NCBI GenBank assembly: GCA_965208835.1
Contig: OZ242358.1
Coordinates: 384,001 to 448,000 of the forward strand
Direction: 5' to 3'
Length of the DNA stretch: 64,000 nt
DNA from: Candidatus Latescibacterota bacterium
GTDB lineage: Bacteria; Latescibacterota; UBA2968; GCA-2709665
The position numbers were made by a program, and so were the translations under genes. The stretch's first letter is position 1. Each line of letters begins with the position of its first letter. Below are positions 1-10,318 of this stretch, piece by piece. The notes under the pieces are model-generated. The model was not told the DNA's origin and did not search any database. It saw nothing but the letters and a program-made list of their open reading frames with translations.

Positions 1-1
1 G

Positions 2-115
2 GGCTCCACGGAAGTCGTCCGACTCCTGGACCGGACCGCGGAGGCTTACGTGGCGGGTGGCAAGGCGGGTATCTTCACGCCGTTGTACTGTTTCCTGGCC
101 CGCAAGCCTCTTTAG
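2..115 (+). CDS. 3' end of a sterol C24-methyltransferase (SMT/ERG6-like), partial at window edge
   Basis: Manual translation GSTEVVRLLDRTAEAYVAGGKAGIFTPLYCFLARKPL-stop matches the typical SMT C-terminus GG..GIFTPMY..ARKP; absent from ORF track. Confidence 0.8.
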   Translation, partial: GSTEVVRLLDRTAEAYVAGGKAGIFTPLYCFLARKPL

Positions 116-314
116 GCCCGCCAGAAGCGCCTGCACGCAGGACCCTCAGGCCTGGGCTCTCCTGAACCGCCAGCCGTACATGATGCGCCAGTAATAGTTG
201 AAGGAGTAACTTGCCGCGGCATCCTCGAAGTGGCAGTCCGTCCGGGAGATGAATCGTTGCGTGTGAGCCTGTCGGTACACGTCTGACAGGTTCTATTTTT
301 ATATCAGCGTCGAT

Positions 315-339
315 GTAGGGGCAACCCTTGTGGTTGCCC
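315..339 (+). repeat. GTAG-family REP-like palindrome
   Basis: GTAGGGGCAACCCTTGTGGTTGCCC; near-identical copy at 4461-4485. Confidence 0.8.
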
Positions 340-388
340 TCCCGCCATGCAGACAACAACACGACAGCGAAACGGATAAAGGGTACCT

Positions 389-1768
389 GTGACGGAGAAA
401 ACCATGCCGCGGCGTATCGCCATTGTCGGCGGAGGGATTTCAGGACTGGGGGCCGCCTGGGCGCTGCATCATCATCCGGACCGGTTTGATTTTCGCCTGT
501 TCGAGGCCCAGGACCGGATTGGAGGGAATGCGGTAACGGCCGATATGCCGCAGAACGACGGCAGCTCCATTCCCTTCGACATTTCCGTCACGGCCTGTAT
601 TCCGTCGGTATATCGGCACGTGATGTTGATGATGGAAACGTTCGGCATCGAACTGATCGATACCCGGTTCAGCTATAGCGTGAAGTACCGCGGCCGTGTC
701 TATGCCCACGATTTCGACTCGGATATCCGGGACCAGCTGCAACTCGAGATTGGGAAGTTTCAACGGGTCTTGAAGCGTCTGCATCGGTTCGGTTGGCTGA
801 CCCGTTCCGAGTCAAAGTTTCTGAACGCCCTCAATCCGTTCAACTACATCAGCATGCGGACGGTTCTGAATCTCGGCGGTTTTTCCGCGGACTTCAGGTA
901 CAAGGTACTGAAGCCCATGTTTGTCAACTTTCTGATGGCGACGAACGTATTCGACATGCCCGCGGCGCTCTTCGGGAGGTATCTCGAATTTTTCGACATC
1001 GAAACCGCCACGCCCATGCAGACGTGGGACCGGGGAACACGACGCATCTATGAGAACCTGTCAGCCGACTTCAGAGAAAGGATATACTTCAACCGTCCTG
1101 TCCAAAAGGTGTACCGTCGAACCGAAAATGTGGTGATCGAGGACGAGGACGGGGTAAGGGAGACGTTCGACGAGGTGATCTTCGCGTGCAATGCGAACCA
1201 GACACTGATGATGCTGGATAAACCCACATTGCTGGAACGGTACATACTCTCGTCCATACGTTACGAAAGCGAACTCCACAACCACACGATTGTCCACTCC
1301 GACGCTTCAGTCCTTCCTGACAATGAAGTGAAACCCCTGACCACGCGAAGCAATCACATCGAACAATACGGCGTCAGACCGGACAATTATGAAATCACGT
1401 ACATCATGCACAACCAGCAGCCGTGGGCGAAACGGTCTGACAGGCCCTGTCTGGTGACCTACAACCCGATCAGCCGGATCGATGAAAAAAAGATCATCGG
1501 AAGGTGGTGGTTCCAGCACATTGTGCACGACGTGCGCCACGTTGCCCTGCTCGTTCCACTGTTCCGCTTCATTCAGGGCAGGAAACGGACCTGGCACTGC
1601 GGGGCGCACACGCTGATCAACAGCCAGGAGACATGTTTCGTCAGCGGGCTTGCCGCAGCAACGCAGATCGGCGCGGACTATCCCTTCGAAGATCACGAAG
1701 CAAGACGGTCGTTCAACTACTATGGGAGCATCCTGTATGGGTGGGGGTTCAGGAAGGCGAGGGGCTGA
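389..1768 (+). CDS. FAD-dependent oxidoreductase (amine oxidase-like, COG2907-type)
   Basis: N-terminal IAIVGGGISGL dinucleotide-binding motif, RIGGN, C-terminal TWHCGA...QETCFVSGLAAA. Confidence 0.8.
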   Translation: MTEKTMPRRIAIVGGGISGLGAAWALHHHPDRFDFRLFEAQDRIGGNAVTADMPQNDGSSIPFDISVTACIPSVYRHVMLMMETFGIELIDTRFSYSVKYRGRVYAHDFDSDIRDQLQLEIGKFQRVLKRLHRFGWLTRSESKFLNALNPFNYISMRTVLNLGGFSADFRYKVLKPMFVNFLMATNVFDMPAALFGRYLEFFDIETATPMQTWDRGTRRIYENLSADFRERIYFNRPVQKVYRRTENVVIEDEDGVRETFDEVIFACNANQTLMMLDKPTLLERYILSSIRYESELHNHTIVHSDASVLPDNEVKPLTTRSNHIEQYGVRPDNYEITYIMHNQQPWAKRSDRPCLVTYNPISRIDEKKIIGRWWFQHIVHDVRHVALLVPLFRFIQGRKRTWHCGAHTLINSQETCFVSGLAAATQIGADYPFEDHEARRSFNYYGSILYGWGFRKARG

Positions 1769-1816
1769 AGGCGTCCGACGATATTTGGGAACGGACAATC
1801 GCCCGCGCGGCGTCGA

Positions 1817-2887
1817 TCAGGCCTTTGGAGGTTCCGGATAGAACTGCCGGCAATATCGGCGGTAGGTGCCGATGGGGCCGTCTGCCCGACAGAGCCTTGG
1901 GGGCGACCGATGCCGTTTCTTTTCCCAGATCACGACGTCCTGCAGCACATCCCGTTTCTGCTGCAAAAGCAGAATGTGATTCATCAGCCGCTGGCGCAGC
2001 TTCATGGGTAAGAAACCGAGACCCGTGATGAACCGCCCGGGCTTTCGGAACTCCCGCAGTTGGCTGACCAGGACAAGATCGATGAGGGTGCCATCGATGG
2101 GCGTAGGAAGTACCCACAATCTCGCGCGCATATCGATGGTCTTCTCGTGGATTTCGACGAAGGAGTAGCCGAGTCCATGGATGTGGGTAATGGCGGAGAT
2201 TTCGTACACGAGGTCTATCATACCCAGGATGCCGCGGACGCGTCTGAAGTCGAAGCAACTCTTCAGGTAGGCGCCGTCCACGGTAACCGAACCCACCGGA
2301 TTCACCTTGTCGTAGCCGTGTACATACCGAAGGTGTCCCAGATCCACTGAGTTTTCGGCCGTTTCCTGGGGATGGCTGCGGAATCGGAGACGTCGGAATC
2401 CCAGTTTACTCCACTCGGCGCCGGTGGGCGGCTCACCCGGAAGATCCCAGTGCGCGGGCCTGTTGCCGTTCCCGTACCACGCGAAGACGAGGCCAAAGAT
2501 CTCTCTGGTTTCGTAGACCTTGAGTTTCGCGGCTCTGGGCGCCGGGGCGTTCGGTGTCGCCACGCATTGGCCGGTTGCATCGAACTCGAATCCGTGAAAT
2601 GGACAGACCAGGCGTCCGTCGCAAACCCTCCCGCCAACGTCCGGCCCCAGCGATGAGCCCAGGTGGGGGCAAATAGAGTCGGCCACGCAAACACGGCCCT
2701 CCTCGTCGCACCAGGCAACGATTTTTTCTCCCATCCAGGTCTTCTCTACCAGCTTCTCTCGCAGAAGGGACTCCCGCGTCTCTACCAGATACCAACCTTC
2801 GGGGAACGGGGGCAGATGATCAGCACCGGCCGCGCCCGGTTCTCTGGCCAACCTTTCCTGTGTCTCTGGCGATCCTGTTGAAGCCAT
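1817..2887 (-). CDS. Rieske 2Fe-2S oxygenase/desaturase, KshA/Neverland (cholesterol 7-desaturase)-like
   Basis: FPEGWY, CPHLG...CPFHG Rieske ligands, ENSVDLGHLRYVH mononuclear-iron motif; ATG 2887 with GGAGG RBS. Confidence 0.8.
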   Translation of the reverse strand: MASTGSPETQERLAREPGAAGADHLPPFPEGWYLVETRESLLREKLVEKTWMGEKIVAWCDEEGRVCVADSICPHLGSSLGPDVGGRVCDGRLVCPFHGFEFDATGQCVATPNAPAPRAAKLKVYETREIFGLVFAWYGNGNRPAHWDLPGEPPTGAEWSKLGFRRLRFRSHPQETAENSVDLGHLRYVHGYDKVNPVGSVTVDGAYLKSCFDFRRVRGILGMIDLVYEISAITHIHGLGYSFVEIHEKTIDMRARLWVLPTPIDGTLIDLVLVSQLREFRKPGRFITGLGFLPMKLRQRLMNHILLLQQKRDVLQDVVIWEKKRHRSPPRLCRADGPIGTYRRYCRQFYPEPPKA

Positions 2888-2916
2888 GCGAGCCCGATCC
2901 TCCTGATCCCGCGCTA

Positions 2917-4200
2917 CTACCACGCCTTCAGCGCATCCCTGAACAGCGCTGCCAGGTCCTCTCTTCCGGCGGGCCTCGGCGACAGCTTGGTCACGCGGTG
3001 CTGGGGCAGCGTGCCCTCCACCAACGCCGGCACGTCGGCTTCCGTAAACCCGATCGCGGAAAGTCCGTTGGGCATTTCGAGACGCTTCATCAGCACGACG
3101 ATGCGGTCGGCGAGGATCCCTCCCGCCTCCGTCTCAGGGTCCTTCACCCCGGAAATGTCCGCGCCCAGCAGTTGCGCGGCCTTGAGATGGCGTTCCGGGC
3201 ATGCAGGACCGGTAAACCGGAAGGAGGCCGGCGCGTTCAGGAAAACCGACATCCCATGGGGCACGATGGGATGGTCGCTTACCATCCCATCCGGCCGGTA
3301 ATCCTGCACCATCCCCGAGACGGGATAGGACATCCCGTGAGGGAGATGAACGCCCGCGTTGCCGAAGCCCATCCCAGCCATGCTCGATGCCAGAATCATA
3401 TTCGACCTCGCCTCGTCATCATCCGGATCCGCAACCGCGCGCACGATGTTTTCCGCGACGAGTTCGATGGCCCGGATCGCCCACATGTCGCTGATGGGAT
3501 TGGTGCCCTGGTAAGCCGGCCGCAGAATCGGCCGTTCGGGCAATGGCCGCTGGTCGTAAGGAATCGCCGTATAAGACTCCAGCGCGTGGCAGAGCACATC
3601 CAGGCCCGTCGAGGCCGCAACAACGGGCGGCATGGTTCGCGTATTCTCAGGATCCACAATGCCCAGCGACGGTTTCAGGCGGCGGTGGGCGATGCCGGTC
3701 TTGACGTGTTTTGCGGAAATATCGAATATCGTGACACCCGTGGTCTCGCTGCCGGTTCCGGCGGTCGTCGGAATCGCGATCAGCGGCTTGAGCGCGCCGG
3801 GAACCGGCTTGCCGCTGCCGATCGGGGCGTTCACGTACGCGTAGAAATCATCGGGAAAGGTGGAATAGAGATTCGCGGCTTTTGCCGTATCGATGGAGGA
3901 ACCGCCGCCCACGGCAACGAACGCATCGAAGTTTCCATCCAGCGCAAAGTCGATGGCTTCCTGAAACGAAACGTCCGTGGGTTCGACCCTAACACGGTCA
4001 TAAAGCGCGTAATCGACCCCCTCGCTCTTGAGGGATTCGACCGCCGTCCGCACAGGCGGCAGGTCCACGAGATTGGGGTCCGTTAACAGCATCACCCGCC
4101 TGGCGCCCAGTTCGGACAGATCCATGCCCACTTCCCTTGTCGCGCCCGGTCCGAACCGCAAGTTCGAAGTTCCCATCTCAAACGCGAAATCGGTCTGCAT
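2917..4200 (-). CDS. Hydroxyacid-oxoacid transhydrogenase (iron-containing alcohol dehydrogenase family)
   Basis: GGGSSIDTAKAANL, PTTAGTGSE, DVLCHALESYT, GVHLPHGMSYP, VPHG; RPAYQG segment typical of HOT/ADHFE1. Confidence 0.88.
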   Translation of the reverse strand: MQTDFAFEMGTSNLRFGPGATREVGMDLSELGARRVMLLTDPNLVDLPPVRTAVESLKSEGVDYALYDRVRVEPTDVSFQEAIDFALDGNFDAFVAVGGGSSIDTAKAANLYSTFPDDFYAYVNAPIGSGKPVPGALKPLIAIPTTAGTGSETTGVTIFDISAKHVKTGIAHRRLKPSLGIVDPENTRTMPPVVAASTGLDVLCHALESYTAIPYDQRPLPERPILRPAYQGTNPISDMWAIRAIELVAENIVRAVADPDDDEARSNMILASSMAGMGFGNAGVHLPHGMSYPVSGMVQDYRPDGMVSDHPIVPHGMSVFLNAPASFRFTGPACPERHLKAAQLLGADISGVKDPETEAGGILADRIVVLMKRLEMPNGLSAIGFTEADVPALVEGTLPQHRVTKLSPRPAGREDLAALFRDALKAW

Positions 4201-4460
4201 TCGTTCTCCTGTTGCCGGAATAGGTAAGAATCCGGTCAGAAATGACGTGTCGCCTTACATCCCGCCCGACACGGGGGCTTGTAATTTTAAGAAAATGCGC
4301 GGGTGGAGGCAAGGATTACGGGGAAAAGACCGGTTCGGGCGAAGCCAAGCGGCATATCGGCAATAGCAGATCGCTAAAGGCGGGCGGTTCGCGATGCTCT
4401 CTACAAGAACCCGACATTCGTCGTATTGATATAGCGGTCTGACGTGACGCCCTTTCATTT

Positions 4461-4485
4461 GTAGGGGCAACCCTTGTGGTTACCC
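4461..4485 (+). repeat. GTAG-family REP-like palindrome
   Basis: GTAGGGGCAACCCTTGTGGTTACCC, one mismatch to 315-339. Confidence 0.75.
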
Positions 4486-4738
4486 AACCTGAAGCTTTTT
4501 TGACTCATCCTTTGTGTATTCGTCTCTTTGTGTGAGCCCGGATTTCTTGCCTTTCTCCCCCTTTCCTTCAGGAGAGGGGGTTGGGGGGAGAGGTCTGGCG
4601 CCGTCGTCAGAACCGACGTTTACGCCTGCCCCGCTGCAGGACTTTCTCGCAGGCATGACGACTTTTGTTTATCATGAAGTGTGTACCACCCCAGCACGTC
4701 GTTTGTCTCACGCCACCCGCTATTGGAACGATCATCCT

Positions 4739-6709
4739 GTGTCTCCTGAAGATCCCTCAAGAATACGCAATCTTGGTATCCTCGCACACGTCGATGCCGG
4801 CAAGACGACCGTGACTGAGAATCTGCTGTTCCAGAGCGGTGCCATCCGCATGGCCGGAAATGTCGACAAGGGGACAAGCCTCTCCGACACGCTCGACGTG
4901 GAGAGGCGGCGAGGGATCTCGGTCCGGGCATCGGCGATGTCATTTGAGTGGGAGGGCGTGAGGATCAACCTGATCGACACGCCGGGTCACGTCGATTTTT
5001 CCGCCGAAGTCGAACGGTCTCTTCGGGTGCTGGACTGCGCCGTTCTCGTTCTTTCGGCGGTCGAAGGCATCCAGGCCCAGACCGAGTCGATATGGGCCGC
5101 GCTGGAAGCGCTGAACGTACCCGTCATCGTGTTCGTGAACAAACTGGATCGGACCGGCGCGGATACGGCGAGGGTCGTCGATGATCTGAAGCGTCGATTT
5201 TCACGCGACGTGATTCTGGTCAATCAGCCGGAGAAGGAAGGCGAACCGGACGCGCGTATGACCGATCTTGACCCGGACGGCCAGACCGCCCTGGCAGAGA
5301 CCGTCGCCGCGAAGGACGACGCGCTCCTGGAGCGATTTCTGAACGAGGAGCCAATTTCACGAGCAGAGATCGAGAAAGTGATTGCGGCTTGCACGGCCAG
5401 GAGAGAACTGTTTCCCATACTCTGCGGTGTGGCCAAGAACATGATTGGAACGGAGGAACTGCTGGGGAAGATCGTGGCCTGGTTCCCCGATGCGAATGTC
5501 GATGACTCACGTCCACCCTCCGGCGTGGTGTTCAAGCTCGACCACGATCCGAAACTTGGGCGCATCGCCGGCGTTCGTCTCTTTGCAGGACGACTCCAAA
5601 ACAGAGATATCATCCGGAATGTTACGGCTGATCGCGACGAGAAGATTACGCAGATCAAGAAATCCTATCTCAATCGATACGAGGACACGGGCGCCCTCTC
5701 CGCCGGCGACATCGGTTTCTTCTGCGGGATGCCGGAGGCTAAGATTGGCGACGTCCTGGGCGACCCGGGTCCCATCCCCGGGTCCTGCGAACTCGGAGAG
5801 CCGCTGCTGTCGGTACAGGCAATCCCGGAACATGAGGCGGATCACGCTCTGCTGGCCGGGGCGCTGCAACAGTTGTCGAGCGAAGACCCACACCTCAACT
5901 TCACGTGGTTCGAGGATGAGCGCGAACTGCAGGTGAAGATCATGGGCCCGGTTCAGGCGGAGATTCTGACCGAGATGCTCGATGCGCGATTTGGCATAAA
6001 AGCGCGGTTTAGTGACCCAGCGGTCATTTACAAGGAGACACCTGCTTCGGTCGGCTTCGGCATCGAGCGCTACACGATGCCGAAACCGTGTTGGGCCATC
6101 GTGAAATATCGGATCGAACCGGGCGAGCCGGGAAGTGGTGTCGTTTATTCGTCACAGGTCGGCGTCAACGACATCAAGGCACGATATCAGAAAGAGATTG
6201 AAAGATCGATCGAGGGCGCGCTCAGGCAGGGAATCAAGGGATGGGAAGTCACGGATCTGAAGATTACCCTGGTGGAGGGGAGCGATCACGTTCTGCACAG
6301 CCGTGCGGGCAATTTCAAACTCGCGACGAATATCGCGGTGTTGAAAGGGCTGACCGAGACCGGGTCGATTCTGCTCGAACCGATACTGGCGTTCAAAATC
6401 ACGGTGGCCGAGACCTACGTTGGCAGGATCACGTCGGACATCATCAACGCGCGCGGCACCTTCGATCCCGTTGAGGCAGACGGAGGTGCGTTATCGGTTA
6501 CGGGACGATTACCCCTGGCGACTTCGATGGACTATCCCATCCGGCTGAACTCGTTGACGGGCGGAACGGCGAAATTCTCCTTTAAGTACGACGGATATGA
6601 GCCGTGCCCGCCGGGCGAGGGCGTCGTGCGGCCCTACAAGGGGATATCGCCGCTGGATCGGGCGAAGTACATCCTGGCGATGCGCGGGGCGGTAACGGAA
6701 GCCGTTTGA
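4739..6709 (+). CDS. TetM/TetO/OtrA-like translational GTPase (ribosome-protection-protein-like EF-G paralog)
   Basis: NLGILAHVDAGKTT, ERRRGIS, DTPGHVDF, NKLD; about 650 aa; OtrA-like C-terminal tail SPLDRAKYIL; GTG start at 4739 inferred. Confidence 0.82.
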   Translation: MSPEDPSRIRNLGILAHVDAGKTTVTENLLFQSGAIRMAGNVDKGTSLSDTLDVERRRGISVRASAMSFEWEGVRINLIDTPGHVDFSAEVERSLRVLDCAVLVLSAVEGIQAQTESIWAALEALNVPVIVFVNKLDRTGADTARVVDDLKRRFSRDVILVNQPEKEGEPDARMTDLDPDGQTALAETVAAKDDALLERFLNEEPISRAEIEKVIAACTARRELFPILCGVAKNMIGTEELLGKIVAWFPDANVDDSRPPSGVVFKLDHDPKLGRIAGVRLFAGRLQNRDIIRNVTADRDEKITQIKKSYLNRYEDTGALSAGDIGFFCGMPEAKIGDVLGDPGPIPGSCELGEPLLSVQAIPEHEADHALLAGALQQLSSEDPHLNFTWFEDERELQVKIMGPVQAEILTEMLDARFGIKARFSDPAVIYKETPASVGFGIERYTMPKPCWAIVKYRIEPGEPGSGVVYSSQVGVNDIKARYQKEIERSIEGALRQGIKGWEVTDLKITLVEGSDHVLHSRAGNFKLATNIAVLKGLTETGSILLEPILAFKITVAETYVGRITSDIINARGTFDPVEADGGALSVTGRLPLATSMDYPIRLNSLTGGTAKFSFKYDGYEPCPPGEGVVRPYKGISPLDRAKYILAMRGAVTEAV

Positions 6710-6761
6710 ATCCAATGTCAAGTCACGGCGCCGAACGCAGATCGACGCACGGTATGTGTCA

Positions 6762-6785
6762 GGGCGACCGGCCGGTCGCCCCTAC
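6762..6785 (-). repeat. GTAG-family REP-like palindrome
   Basis: Reverse strand GTAGGGGCGACCGGCCGGTCGCCC. Confidence 0.7.
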
Positions 6786-7033
6786 ACAAGCAGGCATCCG
6801 CGAATTGAGTTCGCCAGGCCGTATCGACGTCCTATGGGCAGGGTCTGGTCCTCTTTCTTCTTCCTTTTTCCCTCTTCCTTCACGCCAGAAATCCCTTGTC
6901 CCGTCTCTCGAAATCGAATATACTCCCGGTCGTCATCCTGGCGTTTCCAACCAGCCGCAACGCGCCCATCTCGTTGGGCTCGGATCTATTGCCCTCGTTC
7001 CACGCGCTATTGCGGCGTTCTTTATTCCAGTCG

Positions 7034-7822
7034 ATGCAAAACCCGCCCATCATCACCGTTGAGAACGCGTGCAAGACCTTTGCCGGAGACCGCGGGGAGG
7101 TCCAGGCGCTGGACGGCTTCGACATGGCCGTGCGGGAAGGCGAACTGGTGTCGATCGTCGGTCCGAGCGGCTGCGGAAAGAGCACGCTGCTCTGGGCTAT
7201 GGCGGCGCTCTGGCCGCTCACCGAGGGGAAAATTACGGTAAACGGAAAGCAGGTCGTGGAACCCCGGCGGGAGATCGGCATGGTTTTCCAGACCTCCAAT
7301 CTGCTGCCATGGCGAAACCTGCTGCAGAATATCCGTTTTCCATTCGAAATCATGAGGGAAGACCACGGGGAATACCGGGAACGTATCGACGACCTGATCG
7401 AGATCACGGCCCTGAAAGGCTTCGAACGTCACTATCCGGGCGAACTTTCGGGAGGCATGCAGCAACGGGCGTCCATCGTCCGGGCGCTGGCGTACGACCC
7501 GCGGGTCCTGCTGATGGATGAACCGTTCGGCGCCCTGGATGCCTTCACTCGGGACGAAATGAACCTGATGCTCCTCAACATCTGGGAACGGTCCCGCAAG
7601 ACCATTGTCTTCGTCACCCACCAGATCCCCGAAGCCGTCTATCTCTCCGACCGGGTTTACGTGATGACGCCCCGTCCGGGCAGGAACTCGAAGATCTACG
7701 ACATCGATCTGCCCCGCCCGCGTCCGCTTTCCGTAACCGCCGAACCCCATTTCTTCGAAATCGTCGCCGAAATCAAACAGACCATCTTTCAGGACGTGCA
7801 GAACGATGCCGCATCAAGTTGA
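7034..7822 (+). CDS. ABC transporter ATP-binding protein (SsuB/TauB type)
   Basis: GPSGCGKST, LSGGMQQR, LLMDEPFGALD, VTH; ATG 7034. Confidence 0.92.
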   Translation: MQNPPIITVENACKTFAGDRGEVQALDGFDMAVREGELVSIVGPSGCGKSTLLWAMAALWPLTEGKITVNGKQVVEPRREIGMVFQTSNLLPWRNLLQNIRFPFEIMREDHGEYRERIDDLIEITALKGFERHYPGELSGGMQQRASIVRALAYDPRVLLMDEPFGALDAFTRDEMNLMLLNIWERSRKTIVFVTHQIPEAVYLSDRVYVMTPRPGRNSKIYDIDLPRPRPLSVTAEPHFFEIVAEIKQTIFQDVQNDAASS

Positions 7823-7865
7823 ACATTGACGCCAGCATGCGACGCTGTGTAGAAGTCGCTAAAAG

Positions 7866-7996
7866 GCGGGGAGACGGTAGAGGGAAGAGGGTAGATGAAA
7901 TCCTTGCCCGCTATATCCTTTCTTGTCGCCTCCGGCATGAGAAGAATCCTTACAGGGCGGGCAATCTCTCCCTTCTACCGGCTTACGTCTACCCGC
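7866..7996 (+). repeat. Heptamer-armed ~130-bp dispersed element, copy A
   Basis: Arms of GGTAGAG/GGAAGAG-type heptamers and their complements around core CCTTGCC...GGCATGAGAAGAATCC. Confidence 0.8.
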
Positions 7997-8045
7997 TTTT
8001 TGCTTTTGGCTGACAGCTGACCACCGATAGCTGATAGTTCTATCC

Positions 8046-8846
8046 ATGTCCGCTAAAGACGAAAAACAACCCATCAACTGGTCCGCGCTGACGTCCGTCA
8101 GCTTCGCCGGCGTGCAGGTTGCGGTAATCGCCGGTGTGGCGGTGGCTGTCGTTGGGGCTTCCGAACTCGTGGTCCGCGCGTGGGACATCCCGTCCTATGT
8201 CTTCCCGCTTCCGAGCGAGATCGCATCCGCGCTCTACCGGTCCTTCCCGTTACTCTGGCCCCACCTGCTGGTTACGCTTCAGGAACTGGGTCTGGGATAC
8301 GCGATCGGCGCCGTCGCGGGTATTCTCCTGGCCGCGCTGATTACGCAGTTTCCCTTTGCGGAAAAGATCGTCACGCCCTATATCCTGATTCTGGTCACCA
8401 CGCCGATGCTCGCCCTCGTGCCGCTGCTGATCCTCAAATTCGGGTTCGGTCAGACGCCCCGGGTCATCGCGGTCGCACTCGCGGTGGGTCCGATGGTCAT
8501 GATCAACGCCGCCACAGGTTTCCGCAGGACCGACCTTGCGAAAATCGCTCTGGCCCGCTCATACGGCGCCTCGACGCTTCAGATCTTCTACAAGGTCCGC
8601 TTTCCACTCGCGCTGCCCATGATCATCGTCGGACTCATGGTCGGCGGCATTTTCGGACTGCTGACGGCGATCGGCGCCGAGATGGTGGGTGGCGGGTCCG
8701 GCCTGGGCAATCGCCTGGTCTATTATTCGTCCCTCGCGCGCATGTCCAGTTTTTTCGCCGTGATCATACTCATTGCGGCGATTGGAATCGGTTTGTACGT
8801 CGCTTTTTACCTGATCGGCAAGAAATGGGCGAACTGGGAGAATTAA
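8046..8846 (+). CDS. ABC transporter permease (SsuC/TauC type)
   Basis: Multiple TM segments, EAA-like loop ALARSYGAS...KVRFP, AEMVGG..GLG. Confidence 0.9.
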   Translation: MSAKDEKQPINWSALTSVSFAGVQVAVIAGVAVAVVGASELVVRAWDIPSYVFPLPSEIASALYRSFPLLWPHLLVTLQELGLGYAIGAVAGILLAALITQFPFAEKIVTPYILILVTTPMLALVPLLILKFGFGQTPRVIAVALAVGPMVMINAATGFRRTDLAKIALARSYGASTLQIFYKVRFPLALPMIIVGLMVGGIFGLLTAIGAEMVGGGSGLGNRLVYYSSLARMSSFFAVIILIAAIGIGLYVAFYLIGKKWANWEN

Positions 8847-8850
8847 AAAA

Positions 8851-8980
8851 GCGGGGAGACGTTAGAGGTGAGACGTGAGAAGAAGCCCCTGCCGACTTGC
8901 ACTTCCTACTTGCCTTCAGCCTGAGAAGAAACCCTTTACGGCATGCTATCTCTACCCTCTCCCGTCTTACGTCTTCCCGC
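8851..8980 (+). repeat. Heptamer-armed element, copy B
   Basis: GCGGGGAGAC GTTAGAG GTGAGAC ... GTCTTCCCGC. Confidence 0.8.
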
Positions 8981-9050
8981 GGTTTAGGGGGTTGGAGGAG
9001 AGGTGACGACGCTTTCGCCAACCGGCAAGATTCAAACCGGAGGAAATGAA

Positions 9051-10163
9051 ATGAAAAAAGACACCCTTACCCGCCGCGAATTTCTGGGGTATTCATCGGC
9101 CATGGGCGTCATGCTATGTATTCCCGCCAACCCGCTCAATGCGGCCGAAGCCGACAAAGTCGTCTGGGTCTCTCCCCGCGGAAACCTGGAGGTGATGGAC
9201 GACTTCAACCTCTGGGTCGCCCACGAAATGGGCTACTTCAAGGAGATGAACCTGGACGTGGTGCTGCAACCCGGTCCCACGGAAGCATTGGCGGTAACCA
9301 AACTGGTCGGTCAGAAACAGGCAGATATGGGTTTTCCGTCTCCCGGCGTCCTGCTTTCCAGCATCGACGCGGGGATCCCGGTGGTCCTCGTGTGGGAGAT
9401 GGTGATGAAACAGGTCTTTGACTTCGCGTTGCCCGAAGACAGTCCGATCACCAAAGTCCAGGACCTGGCTGGAAAGAAGATCGCCGTCGCGTCGGAAGGA
9501 TGGCGCGTGATCATCGATCCCATCCTCGTGGAAGCCGGACTGGACCCCAAATCTGTCACCTACCTGAATGGCGGCCCTCAGTGGGGGCAGATGGTCGCGC
9601 TCGGACGCGCGGACGCGGGGCTTGCATGGCGCGGGCTGGCCGCCCAGTGGAAGGCCCTGGGGATGAAGCTCAAGTTTCTCGTCGGGATGGAGTTCTCAAA
9701 TCATCCGTCCAACGGTTACGCCATCCACCGCGATGACCTGAAGGACGAAAACCGCGTGGACATCTGGACGCGCTTCTTCAAGGCCAATTGCCTGGCCTAC
9801 GAATTCACGCGGGCCAATCCGCGTGCGGCCGGCCAGATTACCTACGGCCGTTTTCCGGCCCTGCGCGAGCAGATGGCGCCGCAACTCGCGCTGGATTCCA
9901 TGCTCGAACTGGGCACCATCTACTTTGACGGCGACCGCATCGGAAAAGGCTACGGGTACAGCGACCTGGAGTCCTGGCAGGCCTATATCGACACCGTCCA
10001 CAAACTCGGGCAGATTCAGAATCACTACAAGGCGGACGACGTTGTCAGCAACGCCTTCGTCAAGGACGCCAACGATGTTGACAAGGACCGCGCCCGCGCG
10101 GAAGGGAAAGCGTACGAGCTGAACGATGACTTTAAGGATCTGAAGATTAATTATCCCGTGTAG
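9051..10163 (+). CDS. ABC substrate-binding protein (NMT1/THI5/SsuA-like) with Tat signal
   Basis: TRREFLG twin-arginine motif, GYFKEMNLDV, DLAGKKIAV; GGAGG RBS. Confidence 0.88.
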   Translation: MKKDTLTRREFLGYSSAMGVMLCIPANPLNAAEADKVVWVSPRGNLEVMDDFNLWVAHEMGYFKEMNLDVVLQPGPTEALAVTKLVGQKQADMGFPSPGVLLSSIDAGIPVVLVWEMVMKQVFDFALPEDSPITKVQDLAGKKIAVASEGWRVIIDPILVEAGLDPKSVTYLNGGPQWGQMVALGRADAGLAWRGLAAQWKALGMKLKFLVGMEFSNHPSNGYAIHRDDLKDENRVDIWTRFFKANCLAYEFTRANPRAAGQITYGRFPALREQMAPQLALDSMLELGTIYFDGDRIGKGYGYSDLESWQAYIDTVHKLGQIQNHYKADDVVSNAFVKDANDVDKDRARAEGKAYELNDDFKDLKINYPV

Positions 10164-10188
10164 GAGAAAGAAGGAAGAAGGATGAAAG

Positions 10189-10318
10189 GTGGGGAGACGC
10201 AAGAGGGTAGACGGGAGAAGAAGTCCTTGCCGATTTGTTCCTCCGGCTCGCTTGCGGCATGAGAAGAAACCTTATACGGCATGCGATCTCTACCCTCTCA
10301 CGTCTTTCGTCTCCCCGC
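10189..10318 (+). repeat. Heptamer-armed element, copy C
   Basis: Same arms; core CCTTGCCGATTTGTTCC. Confidence 0.8.

Noticed and set aside
2860-4086. Long antisense ORFs (also 15432..16799, 28312..29475, 43200..44459, 55900..57225, 59704..60768)
   Set aside because: Shadows of well-supported genes on the opposite strand, expected in GC-rich DNA; no motifs
4514-4738. N-terminal extension of the TetM-like ORF (similarly 6896-7033 and 44662-44826)
   Set aside because: Runs through repeat or intergenic sequence; family homology starts at the downstream start codon
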